A stretch of 63,330 nt of DNA, the filler included, from Collodictyon triciliatum (lineage: Eukaryota), in assembly GCA_043381765.1 (NCBI GenBank). It is 8 parts of 8 records of this genome, joined end to end, with 100 filler letters (N's around TTAATTAATTAA, not from the genome) between each part and the next. Parts side by side here need not be neighbours in the genome. Positions count along the whole stretch, not along the records: positions 25,507 to 33,901 come from JBHJMP010003443.1; positions 34,002 to 42,389 come from JBHJMP010003445.1; 6 more parts are not named here. One strand, given 5' to 3'. A program made the position numbers and the translations under genes. Below the pieces are notes generated by a model. The model worked only from the letters and a program-made list of their open reading frames with translations, searched no databases and was not told where the DNA came from. Below, in pieces: positions 26,837-40,400 of this stretch (the stretch's first letter is position 1; every line of letters starts with the position of its first letter).

Positions 26837-29800
26837 ATGTCCGATCGGACTGCTCTTTTGGAAGAGCTGCGAAAAATTACTGGCGATCCTGATAACGAGA
26901 CTCTACGAAGCCGGTCAGCGCTGCACTTTGGATCCAAGGAGTTGACATCTGTTCCCCTAGGAGTATTTGAATTGGATCACTTAGTCGAATTATACCTCCA
27001 TTATAATCAGTTGTCGTCACTTCCACCAGAGATATCCCACTCAACAGGTCTCACAGAGCTCCGTGTATATGGCAATCCTGTAAGTGTATTCATATATTCA
27101 TTCTTTTTCCTCTTCATATCGCAATTATTGGCTGATAACGATTTTCGAAGATGGAAGAACTTCCCCCGCAGATCACAAAGCTCAAGAGTCTGCAGAAGCT
27201 GGACGTTGTTGACGGCAGTGGGAAGGTCAGCATAAGAAGAGCACCTCGCGACATCACAAACCTCCCATGTTGGACTAACAAATCCCACAACGAGAACGAA
27301 TATGTCAGAAAGCTGCAGTTGTACGAAGTTCCAGTATGTTTCCTTTTAAATATAATCAGGGAACCCTGCTTGCAATTTTGACTTTCATTCTGACTTTTCT
27401 TATATCTAAGGAGGACGATATGATGATTCCTGAATGGGTGCCTAGTGCGAGGCAAATAGACCTCCAATCACTCAATTTTTACGGCTTGAGCATATCAGTT
27501 CTTCCAACAATAATATCAAACCTTTCAAATCTAACTTTTCTCAGCATTAGTCGGAATAGGGTATATATTAAATCGCAAAGTAATTACATAAAGTTCACTT
27601 TGGAATGTACGGAAACTGACAAATTCATTTCTTTAGTTTGAAGTATTTCCCACTGTTATCTGCACAATAACAGCCATGGTTAAACTCGATATTTCTAATA
27701 ATCAGGTTAGCAAATAATGGTAATCACAATTATAATTTATTTTGTGTATAAAATTAGGCATAAATTTTAATAATTCATATTCCTATATTAAAATATAGAT
27801 ACTTTCTCTGCCAAAAAGCATATCAAACTTGACAAATCTCACATATCTCAGTGTTAGCCACAACAAGGTATATTATTATGACACAATAATTCAGAGAATA
27901 CTATATTTAAACTGTAAAATGTTTGCCTCATGTATGCACTTGCAGGTCATTAACATCCCTCTCTCCATATTGGATTTCACTTTGGTATATAGTTTTCTAC
28001 CATGCCTGACCTACGAGAGATGACACACCTCAAGAAACTTAACATGAAATACAACGCATATCCCCCACAAGTCCAACGATTCTTAGACTCTATCAATCTC
28101 TCTAATAGTGGTGAAATAAGCTTGTATGGTGGAGAAATTAGAGATATCCCAGAAGATCTGATATTGCTACCAACCAACTCTAAACTTGACGTTTCCAAAA
28201 ATCAGGTTTGTAAAATTATTATGAATAAATTTACGTGTGTAGAGACATAACCAACGTTCAGTCATACTAGAAACACTTTAGACGTAGATTTTTAACTTTT
28301 TGTTTGTTTTTCTTTTTAAAAAAAAAAGGTGTCTTCACTGCCAACAAACATATCAAACCTCACAAACCTCACATCCATAACTATAAGTCGTAGTAAGGTA
28401 TATAAATTTTCAAAAGACAGATAGTTAAAAAAAGTATACACAACTCCCTATTTCATAAATTTCTACGGATTGATCTACACGCACAATATAGTTTGATATT
28501 TTTCCGACAGCTGTGTGCGCATTGACTCTTGTAGCGTCCCTTGATGCTTCCAATAATCAGGTCCGCGACTGAATATTGTAGACCGCCAAACAAACAGACA
28601 AAAAGGAAGTTATACGGCGAATGAATTAAATGTTCTTTATTTATTTCGACTGAATTAAACTTCAAATCCAGATTTCATACATTCCTGATGCCATCGCAAA
28701 TCTTGTGAACCTGCAAAGGCTGGATTTATCGAACAACAAAGTCAGTTTCTACATTTTTTTCTTTTGTTTTGTTTTTTTTATTGGATTTTTATTGGGTTTT
28801 TTATTGGGTTTTTTTATTGGGTTTTTTTATTGGGGTTTTTATTGGGTTTTTTTATTGGGTTTTTTTATTGGGTTTTTTTATTGGGTTTTTTTATTGGGTT
28901 TTTTTATTGGGTTTTTTATTGGGTTTTTTATTGGGTTTTTTATTGGGTTTTTTATTGGGTTTTTTATTGGGTTTTTTATTGGGTTTTTTATTGGGTTTTT
29001 GCGAATCTAAGCTATGTGGAAATATTTACTAAAAAAAAAAAAAAATGAACTCACCTAATCATTCATAATCTAGATTGCCAACATTCCCGGAATAATTGGT
29101 ACGATTAAAAGCTTGCGAAGCGGACTCAATATTCAAGGAAATCCCATCAGAAATGTACCAGAAAATGTTATCCGAATCGGGTCTGAGGCAGTTTTCGACT
29201 TCTTAACTAGTTCCATGAGTGGTGTTGTGAAATGGACTCAAGGCAGACTCCTGCTGTTGGGCGAAGGAGAGGCAGGAAAAACAACCCTCACGAGGTCAAT
29301 AACACAAAAATATATCTTCTTCAAGAGCACAACAGATCTTGAAAGAAAGCGCACTGATGGTATTGCCCATGTTGATATCGATGAGTCAATGATGGGTGGA
29401 TTTTTCAGGACAAAGATATCGATGCGAATCTGGGATTTTGGAGGGCAAGATGAGTTCCAAGTAACACACCCGTTCTTTTTGTCATCAGGCGCTCTCGTTT
29501 TAATCTTATACAGACTCGACCAAACCAAGGAAAAGAATAACATAAGTCGTTGGGTAAAAATGCTGGATGATTTTGCGCCTGGCTCAAATATCATAATTGC
29601 TGGGACCCATAAAGATTGTCAAAACCCAGTATACAAGCAAGATATGCAAAAAGAAATCGAACGAATCAAGAAGCAAAACGAACAGAAAGCTAATGAAAAA
29701 GCTCGTCACATCTTCATCAACACGGAATTAAGAGTGAGCAGCAAGAGCGGGAAAAAAATACCCAAGTTGAAAAACGAGATATACGATGGAATGATGAAGC

Positions 29801-32800
29801 TTGATAACATGAACAAGGATGTTCCAAAAACGTATATTCATCTTAAAGATTACTTAGATTCAAAAAGCCAATCTACAAAGTACGAACGGATCCAAGACAC
29901 ATACAGCTTCGCCGAGAAGCAATTGGGTATGGACAGAAATGGATGCGAAAGTGCTCTAAAATTCCTCCATGACCTTGGCTCGGTCGTTTGGTATTCGTCT
30001 CTTGAAAATATCAAGGATATAATATTTTTAGACCCGCTCTTTCTCATCAACATATTTCGTTGTGTCTTTAGCTTCAAAGGCATCGGGAAGGAGGCGAGTG
30101 GTATCATTTTGTTGAGCAAGCTGAAAGACAAAATCAAACAAGAACTTTTCACTGAAATAGACGAACAAGTCTTTAACACAATCATCAAAATCTTTGACCA
30201 TTTCGGACTCGGGATTCAATTCAACAGAGAATGCATCGCCTTTCCCTCACTTATGGATGATTGCCACAATCTAAAGGCGTTGTGGAGTATAAAGCCAGAG
30301 TCGAACTGTATTGCAGAAACCTCTGTAGAAATAGTGACCAGTGGTCAAGTCCAGCTCTCTGATAAAAGCAACGTCATCATACAAGCACTTCGTTTGACAA
30401 AAGAGGCACAAACAGGCATCATGTATGACGACCAATTTTTCAGAGATGTGGCATTCATACACCTGAATGCTTCCTACAAAATTGGAACGGATGAAATTCA
30501 ACTGCTTCCTGGAAACGATTTGATTATTTTGTATCAAATCTATCAAAACAATATTTCAGTAAAGATTAGAAAATATGAAAATGAGGTAAATGAGAGTGAT
30601 AAAGTTGTGAGGATTTTCGATATCCTTTCAACCTTCATCAAAGAAATATCGTCAATCCGGCCAAATTTTGTTGAAGCGTATCGATTTGAATGCCCTGAAT
30701 GCAAGCATCACGACATATGTGGTTATATAGGAACTTCAGTAAAGATAGGCGATGCAGAATTGAAGGCATGTACCAATGGTCATCAACTAGAAGTAAGCAC
30801 AGTAAAGCAAGGGCGTGTTTACTTGGAGCAAGGTTTCCTTGTATCTTTTTTTAAAAAAAATAAATATAAAAAAAGAAGTTACATGACCACTATTCACAAT
30901 GTGTTTTCATGAATAATTACCTTTATGCGTTTTGCACTAAAGTTAAATAATTGCACAAATAATGTTGGTATATTTTTTTCATTCATTTACTTAGGAATTT
31001 CGAAGAGATTCGCCTCAGTGATGAGGGCAAAAAGAACAAAAAGATTACAATCTGTTGAAACGATTCTTGAGCTTAATTCAATCAATCAAGAGTTAAGGGA
31101 ACAATTCGTCGATGAAAAGATAGAACTGTCAGAGTATCTTGCCAAGGGAGCATATGGCCGAGTATACACAACGACACATTTGGGAAAGGTTGCTGTGGTA
31201 AAGATTCAAACCGTCCAGAAAACAAAGGAACAAACCATCAGTGAAGTAATACAATCGATCATTTTTGAAAGCAAGTATCTTTACGAATGCAAAGAATGTG
31301 AATATATAGTGAAGCTATTCGGTGTGTATCGCGAAGAGGACGACTTTTATATGATTATGGAGAATGCAGGTATTTCGTTGAAAACTATGTTAGAGAAGAA
31401 AAATATCAAGCCTGAATTACCCTACATAATTTCTTACTCAAGACAACTCTGCCAAGGTCTCATTTTCATGCATTCTAAAAATCTATACCATGAAGATTTG
31501 AAAGCCGATAATATTATGATTGTCGCTCAAACAGTTAAGATTGTAGATTTCGGAATAGTAAGCCGTCGTGGTGTTGATAAAGTCGGGTCCAGCTTACCCA
31601 CGAGATTTGGTGAATGGAAGCAAGGCGGAACTTCTAACTGGCAAGCACCAGAAATCCATGAAGTTTCTTGCAAACCATTTTATGATGGTGACCCCGGTAT
31701 GTATGGTGAGGATGAAATAAATATTGGTCATCGAGGAGAACCCAGCAATGTGTATGCGTTAGGGATGCTCGTTTGGTACATGTTTTCTGGTATAGAGCCT
31801 TTCCAAAACGAAGTACAACCGCAAAGTTTTGTCATAGCAGGCTTACGACCTGAAATACCGAATGAAACAACACGTGAGCTCAACCATCTTATTAAAGCAT
31901 GTTGGAAGCAAAACTACATGCTTCGGCCTTCTCTGAATCGAGTTTGTATATACCTAGATGAATTGAACTTGAATGAATTTAAAATATGTCAAAACAGAAT
32001 GGAAGAGTTACTTCCAATTAATTACGCTCCTCTAACTATCATGCACAAGGGAGAATTTGTGGAGTGGCTTCGAGAACATAAGTTTTCTCAATTGAGTGAT
32101 AAAATATCACAGCAACAATGGGGCATATTTGAAGAAATTCAAGACAAAATCAGTGAACAAAGTATGTTTGATATGTATCTTGTAACGCCGAGAGACATTT
32201 TAGCATTTGTTGAGCTATCAATGCAGGACATTGCGGAAGAAGGCGACTCCAATACCCTCAAAAAGAAAGTCAAGGAACTTAGTCATTATCAACTGGTATC
32301 TCATTTGCAGAAAAAGAAAGATGAAGTATCAAAAAGATTACTTGACAAAGTTAAAACCTTGAAGCTTGATGGGGCTTCAATATCTAAGATTGACCAACCA
32401 GATGTTCTCGCACTCTGCTCCCTTTCTGTCCAAGAAATTTCATTTGCATCTCAATTCATAAACGAGCACTTAGTGTCAGATGAAATTGAAACTCCCAAAT
32501 ATTCATGGAACTATGATGTAACTCAAGAATTGGATGAAATTGAGCATATGAATTTGCGATACATCCCTTATAATAATGGAATCCAATATGCAACCACGTT
32601 GTGGATGGGTGATATGAAGCTCTCTAAGATCCCTAGTTCCCTCAAGCATTTAAACCTCTTGAAGAAGCTTTACATTCATTCGAACGATGTATTGTTTTTT
32701 TCTTGTTTTTTTTTTGTTTCTTTTGTTTCTTTGGTTTTGTTTCTTTTGTTTTGTTTCTTTTGTTTTGTTTCTTTTGTTTTGTTTCTTTTGTTTTGTTTCT

Positions 32801-33715
32801 TTTGTTTTGTTTCTTTTGTTTTGTTTCTTTTGTTTTTGTGAGGTTTCTTCTAAATCTCACGTCAATATCATCTTTCTATCGGTTCTAACCCATCACTCAT
32901 TTACAGTTGACATCATTTCCAGAGCCATGCCTCGTTCTCACGAACTTGGTATTCTTAGACTTATCAAACAACAACGTATGTTTCTTCTTTTCCCTTCTTT
33001 GTATTGTTGTATTGTTGTATTGTTGTATTGTTGTATTGTTGTATTGTTGTATTGTTGTATTGTTGTATTGTTGTATTGTTGTATTGTTGTATTGTTGTAT
33101 TGTTGTATTGTTGTATTGTTGTATTGTTGTATTGTTGTATTGTTGTATTGTTGTATTGCTTTAAATAAATGGCAATTATAATTTCTCCCAGTTTAGCACG
33201 AATAGAATGTGTTAATAAGTAAATGAAAGGAATTAAATTACATTATCAGGCTTGAATTAACTTTATTCATCATTTCACCCTTTTCTCATGTGATGATGAG
33301 CAGGTGCCATCGATACCTGCTCAAATATCATGTTTGGTGGGTCTCACGGGCCTTAATATTTCTCAAAATCAGCTTTCATCAATTCCTCCGGAAGTGTCAC
33401 ACTTGACCAGTCTCGAAGTTTTTTGGATTTTCAAAAACCCGGTGAGTAAAATTTTATTTACTCTTTTTTCTTTTTCTTTTCTTAAGGCAAAGAAAAACTC
33501 ATAAAGACTAAGAAATGGTTTGATTATCATATGTGTAGGCTCGAGACCTTCCTGTTGAGATCACTTCCCTCACTCGACTCAGCCATTTGCGTATCCAAGA
33601 CCAAACAGGACAATCTACTACAAGGAGGGTGCCTCGTGGTATCACAGTTCTCCCTTGTTGGAGTGACTCAAGTAATCCAGATTATGAGCTTATTCGTGAA
33701 TTGGAGCTTTACTAG
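26837..33715 (+). CDS. Roco-family protein: LRR-Roc GTPase-COR-kinase-two SAM-like helical domains-LRR, 14 exons
   Basis: Exons 26837-27079, 27151-27333, 27411-27560, 27637-27705, 27799-27867, 27993-28205, 28329-28397, 28492-28560, 28672-28740, 29074-30832, 30995-32688, 32907-32975, 33304-33441 and 33539-33715. Roc: GEGEAGKTT, RTDGI, WDFGGQDEFQVTHPFFL, GTHKD. COR: LHDLGSVVWY..IFLDP. Kinase: AKGAYG, VVK, HEDLKADN, DFG, WQAPE. Confidence 0.93.
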
Positions 33716-33811
33716 CATGTAATATAACATTTTTTTAAAAAGTTATTCTCGTGTTAATTAAGTATAAATTACTTGACTTATTTTTTCTGACATGAAATAT
33801 TTAGCAATTCA

Positions 33812-33901
<90 letters not shown>

Positions 33902-34129
33902 NNNNNNNNNNNNNNNNNNNNNNNNNNNNNNNNNNNNNNNNNNNNTTAATTAATTAANNNNNNNNNNNNNNNNNNNNNNNNNNNNNNNNNNNNNNNNNNN
34001 NTTTATTTTTTTTTTTTTTTTTTTATTATATTTTTTTTTTTTTTTTTGTTTTTTTTTTTTTTTTTTGGAAAAAAATAAATATGGTGCGCTTTATGAATCA
34101 GTTACTCAAGCAACTTGGTAACACTTTAG

Positions 34130-34383
34130 GTTGAAGTGGATTTTACCGACCAATCAAGACCAGGCACAGGGTCTTCCAATCCCCAAAGACATTCGATTCA
34201 CAATATACCTGCCCAGCAAATTGCCGAAGCTACAGCTGCCGCTTCGATGATCGACGGAGCAAAATCCACAAGGTATTGATGTTTTCACATTTTTTTCCAA
34301 TTAATTCCTTTTTCTGTTGATTTTATCCTATTGTTTTGTTTTGGTCTTTAGTAGAGGTTTTTCATTCTTATTTCCTTCCTATA

Positions 34384-34421
<38 letters not shown>

Positions 34422-34424
34422 TTT

Positions 34425-34482
<58 letters not shown>

Positions 34483-37400
34483 TTTGTTTGTTTTTTTTTT
34501 TTTTTTTACTTTCGTAACATTCTTAAATCCTCTATAATTATAGGGACTCTGCAGTGACTTACAAAATGCCCATCACACCAAAGACAAAATCAACTTTCCA
34601 GGGGGCTTTTGATGTCTCCGGACCAGGAGCAACTGGCTCAGATGCCAATGATTCTCCTTTAGCTATTCTGCTCAGCCTACGGCAGAACCCCAACGAAGAT
34701 GAGATAGACAAGCTGTTTGTACTTCTCGAGAAACCGAACGGGCTCAGTGAATTCTTATCCGACGACGGTATCGACACATTGGCGGAAACAATGTCCATCT
34801 CGTTGGAAATGTAACACTCAAGCTTCCCTCAAAAATATTTTCTTTTCTATTTTCCACCGATCTATTCAATATTGCTTGATTCGTCTCTTTAAATAAATTT
34901 TCTAAAAAACAGAGCAAATCTTTTTTTATCTTATTTTGTTTTATTTTAATTAGTAATTCAAAGCGTCTTCAAGAGTGTTGTATCAAATGTACTCGCATTC
35001 TTGTTGCAGAGGAGGTATGATCGTAAAAAATTTTTTTTTCCTATCATTACCGATATTTATTGTTAACAGGGGAAATCCCCAACAAATAGACTCAGAATTG
35101 ACTTATTCCTTGTCATTTCATACTTTTTTGACTATTGCACATATAATTGCCTCTTTATTGACTTATTGGACTCCAGAAATCTTTTCCATTTATCGCGAGC
35201 CAGCGAAACCTCATTCGCATGATTGTCAGTTGTCTTGGAACTCTATCAGAGGAACTGAATAATCTCATCATGGAAGTTGTCATCATCGTTGCCTCTGGAG
35301 ATTCACCACACGGATATGGGTTTGGGTCCAATACATCCTATTGCAATTCAGAGTTCTATGCATTTGATGCAATAGTATAGTTGTATATATATATTCCTCC
35401 TTTCAATTTACGCAAGATGGTGGAGGTTATGGCCTACAATAGTATTCCTGTATTGAAGCCCAACATCTCTTGAAACAAAACATTAATCACCAGAGCTGTC
35501 ATCGACGCATTTACTCAGTATCGAAAGACAAAGAACGAAAAAAGATTCAAGTGTATCTGTGACATCCTGCAAAACAACTCTGTGAATGAACAGGTTATTC
35601 CCCTTATCTATATGTTAACTTAGAAGGAGCTGATCTAAAATCAATTCATAATTCCGATATGAAAGACACTCTTGCAGAATATCTTGCTTAATATGCAGTA
35701 TTCATTTTACGATCGATGATTTTAATTATGTACGCTCTCTTGCATTCAATTCTTAATTAGAAACTAGCGATGTCTTTGATAAACACAATCATCCGCATCG
35801 AAAAGAATGTCCGAAATCGCATTTCTCTGCGAGAAGAATTTGAGAGACTAGACTTGTGGAGCATAATCCCAGTGAGCCTTTAAGAGTCGAACAACAAAAG
35901 AATTAGAAAATGAATAGATTAACCCTCCTCCTGTTAAGATAAGATTAAAATATTTTATAACAAACCAATACCGCATGCTTAGTCCATCCGCGGGAAAGAT
36001 TCTCAAATTGACGACGATATTGATGTTTTCCTCGTCCAAGAAAGTCAAGACAAAGAAGTATCCAAGGCGGAGGATGCACAGGAAAATCAAGACTTAGATT
36101 CAGAGTGCATTTTCGAACACATTACTATTCTATACTATTATATTCAATTCAATTTTTCTGTTTAAAATGTAGCCAATAAATCTTCTTTGTTAACTTTCTT
36201 CCGAAAATATGCGAAGGGACCCAAAATCTCTTCTCGAAGCAACCTTACTTAAGGTTGAGTCACCCGAGGTGCGAGACAACATCGTGGAATTGCTTCGGTT
36301 GACGACCAAAATCCCATACGACAAACCCAATCTAGCGTATGAATCATTCTGGAATAATTTATAGTATTTATAAATTCTAAAATAGGATGTTTGCCCATTT
36401 CAGAGTGAAATATATATATGTCCTTCTTTTCTTCTTGGAGCATAGTTACCAAAGAATCTAAATTGATATCAATTCTGATCATTCAGAGCGAAAATCATTC
36501 TTGAGACGAATAAAATCCTCGACCGGGCAATCAACGTTCTTCAAGAGGACTCTGATGCCGACGATGGTCTGAGCGATTCACATATTAACTATTACTCTAT
36601 CAAGATTACATATCACTTCCCAGGAGTAATTTCATGAAACATTTGTGTGGTCCATCCCAGGTCAAGAAATTCAATTAGTTTTGCTAACCTTTACATATTT
36701 CAGTCCTTGGACTTGGTATTTCCATGAGGGAGCACAACGAAACGCTTGATAATCTGCGCCGCATTCAGTCACGGTCTGTGGAAAACCTGGAGGCAAAGGT
36801 TATACAACACCCCTATTGCTGATAGAAACCCCTCTTTAAGTCTATCAACATCTTCATCTTCTTGGATACTTGTGTTCTGCCCTGGAAAATATATGAATCA
36901 TTTTAATTTGTTTTGACCTAGATTTCCAGCTTGGAGAAAGAGCTAGTGTCTGCAAAGCAAACCGGTTTGGAGGATTACTCAATCCAATTGTAGCATCTAA
37001 CTATGGATACATTCATGAATGCAACACATTCATTTATTATGGACACATGTTCAATTACGCATCCACTCCAACTTCACCAGTTTCCGAAAATGCACAAGCA
37101 CCATCTGCGCCTCCACCCCCAACACCGCCTGCAGATTCTTTACCACCAACATCGAGCGATATAGGTCTGTGTTCATGAATATTACTTTTATTATTATTAC
37201 TGTTAGAATTCCTATTATTGTTGCGATTGTTAATATTAGTACCATTGCCATAACCATCGCCATCAACAAACAAAGCAGGTTTCTCTCCACCTCCACCTCC
37301 GCCGCCTCCACCGATGCTTCCCGGCCCGCCAATTGCAGGTGGAATGCCACCACCACCACCGCCACCGCCACCACCTGGAATGATGGGTTCTGCAACCATT

Positions 37401-40400
37401 TCTCCTGGTGGACCGCCACCGCCACCTCCCATGGCACCTGGATTTGCTGGCCCTCCGCGGATGAACAGTAAATCCTTATTGTATTCACTGCCCATTCGTT
37501 CTTTTTTTTTTTAATAAAAAAAATAGTACTAATTAAAAATGATAATATTGGCTCTTCTCAATCATGCCAAATAAATTGAAAAGGAAACCGGTTTTTTTTT
37601 GATAATAATATAAAAAAATTTTTTGTTGTTTCTTTCCGTCCTCTTTATCTGTCCTTTTTTTTTTCTCAAAATTTTGTATCAACATCTATTCACGTATTAT
37701 AAAATAATAGCAAAGCCTCCGAAAAAGCCCATCAAGCCTGGCGTCCCGATGAAACAAGTACGATTGTGCTTTTTCTATATTTCTCTCCCTTTTGATATTT
37801 ATTTCATAATGAAAAACTACATGTGGCGATGTAACAGTTGATGTGCACATTTTATTTATTTATGAAGAATTTTACTTTGCACAAAAAGCAGTCTCTTTTT
37901 GATATGTTTGTGTGATTCAGATATTTTGGAGCAAAGTGCCTCCAATGAAGCTAGACAACTCTATGTGGGAAACCGTAAACGATGAGAAAGTTATCACAGA
38001 GTTTAATACTTCTGAGTTAGAAAGCCTCTTCTGCACGAAGCAATCCTCGACTGCATCTTCGAAAGGTATTTATCAAATGAAAAAAAAAATAAATCATAGT
38101 AATTCTAACAATTGGTCGCAAATCTTAAAAGCAAAAAGCTAATTTTACGTTATTGTTTTTCTTAAAAGCTCCATCGGAAGAAAAGCAACCAAAGAAGACA
38201 GGTCCTACCTCACTATTAGACAATCAACGCTCCCAAAATATTGGTAAGACTTTCCTTTTAAAGGTAATAATTGGAGACGAAGATTCAAACTAATATCAAG
38301 TTAATTAATAGCTACTCAAACTCTGTAGAATTATATAAGGTGTCGTAGTTTATTAACACGTGCATAAATTCAAGTGATCGTTATTTCCCGAGCCAAAGTT
38401 CCCATCCCTGAACTCAAGGAGGCCATCCTTTCGTTGGATGATAAAGTTATAACACAAGACCTTCATAAAGGGCTATTACAATGCATTCCAAAAACAGAAG
38501 AGGTTAATAATTAAATGATAATATTTCAATATTTAAATTGTTTTTTCTTTTTACACGGTTTCATGCATTTCTTTAAAAAAAAAAAAAAAAACGTTGCGAC
38601 TCATCCCTTTTCTTTTTCTTCGCCTTTTATTTTCCTTTTTATCTCACAATATTCTTTTAATAACGTCATCAAAAAATTGCTCCATATATTGCTCTGTTCA
38701 TAGGTCGAGCTACTGAAAGAGAATAAGGATCAATATTCTACACTGGGAAAAGCAGAACAATTCTTACTTGATGTACGAAAATATGCCATCTTATATCTAT
38801 TAATTCTATTTCAGCATTGAAGACCATGTATGCTTTCTCTATCTATGCCAACCTAGCTAGCATGTAAGATTTTGCCTTGTTATCCTCCTATCTATATAAA
38901 TTTTAGATGATGAGTATCAGTCGATTCGACACACGTTTGAAGGCTTGGGATATCTCCAGAAAATTCCATGTTCAACTGGAAGATATTAGCATGGTATTAA
39001 CATATAAACATATCTCTATCTCTATCTCTATCTCTATCTCTATCTCTATCTCTATCTCTATCTCTATCTCTATCTCTATCTCTATCTCTATCTCTATCTC
39101 TATCTCTATCTATAGTATTGCCACCATCACCATCATCATAGCCACAAAAGACCATAAAAAGAGCGCTTTTTTTTAAGAAAAGAAAAAGAAAAAGAAAAAA
39201 AGAAATAACCCCACTCACCAATGGCTACAGACCATGGCTGCCATGTTAAGCACCTTAGAGCAACTCCAAACTAGCACACGGTTGAAATCAGTTTTCGAGG
39301 TACAATCACTAAAGTTGGAAAAAATTACCCTCTCTCTCTATATCCTTCCGGACAAATGGATACATTTACAAGTACCTAAGTATCTATCGATAAGGTGATT
39401 TTGGCATTTGGTAACTATCTTAACGGGGGTACGAACAAAGGCGGGGCTTACGGTTTCAAGTTGGATTGTCTGAGCAAGGTTTCCTGATTTATAATTGTTG
39501 TTTTTATCTTTAACTACCCGCGTTTTTCTTTTGTTCATGTAAATCCTTTGTCGTTTTGAATTATTTTTTTCCAAAAAAAAAAAAAAACTAAATTGCAACA
39601 CCCATTCTTTTATTTCGTAGTTGAAAGACACCAAATCAGTTGACCAGAAAGTTACTCTACTGCATCACATCGTGTTGTTTTTGGAAAAGCACAGAAACGA
39701 TGACCTCACACTCCCCAAGGACTTTCCTCTTCTTCCAGAGGCTGCGAAAGGTTTTATTACCTACTTCCCTATCGACGAGACTACCTGAGTTGATTTATTT
39801 TCTTCCCTCTATTCGAATGAAATTTGAGGCTACCTGAATGAATAGATAATTATAAATATCCAATTTTATACATAGCCAAGATTGATGCACTCAAGAGTGA
39901 TCTGAATGAGCTTGGTAAGAGTGTGGACGAGGTTGAGAGAGAAGTTAAAGCTGTGACCGAAGAAGCAGCAGAGAATTCCAGCTCGACTCAAGACCGATTC
40001 GTCACAGTCTTATCCATATCCACCACAAATATCGCACAGGCCATATAATTATCTTTTCTCTTTTTCTTTTTTCTTATTCTTATTATTATTATTATAATAT
40101 AATCGGTCGCAATGAAGATAGCTTTCCTTGACAGGATTGCACGAATTCTTGACAGAGGCGCGTGAAAAGATTGCCGAACTGAGTTCGCGGGTGAATGGGT
40201 TTGATAAAGCTTACAAGGACGCTCTCAGATATTTTGGCGAAGAATCGGATTCACTTCGCCCAGAGGAGTTCTTTAAAACTGTCAATGATTTCATGAATGA
40301 CTTCCAGGTTATTTCTCTTTTCTCTTTTCTCTTTTCTCTTTTTGTCATTATGGAAATTAATGTAAGTGTGGTCAGTATGAGCCGAATCTGCAAACATCCC

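Noticed and set aside
17289-33715. Physical clustering of the LRR-only gene and the Roco gene
   Set aside because: They are on different contigs separated by an artificial spacer.
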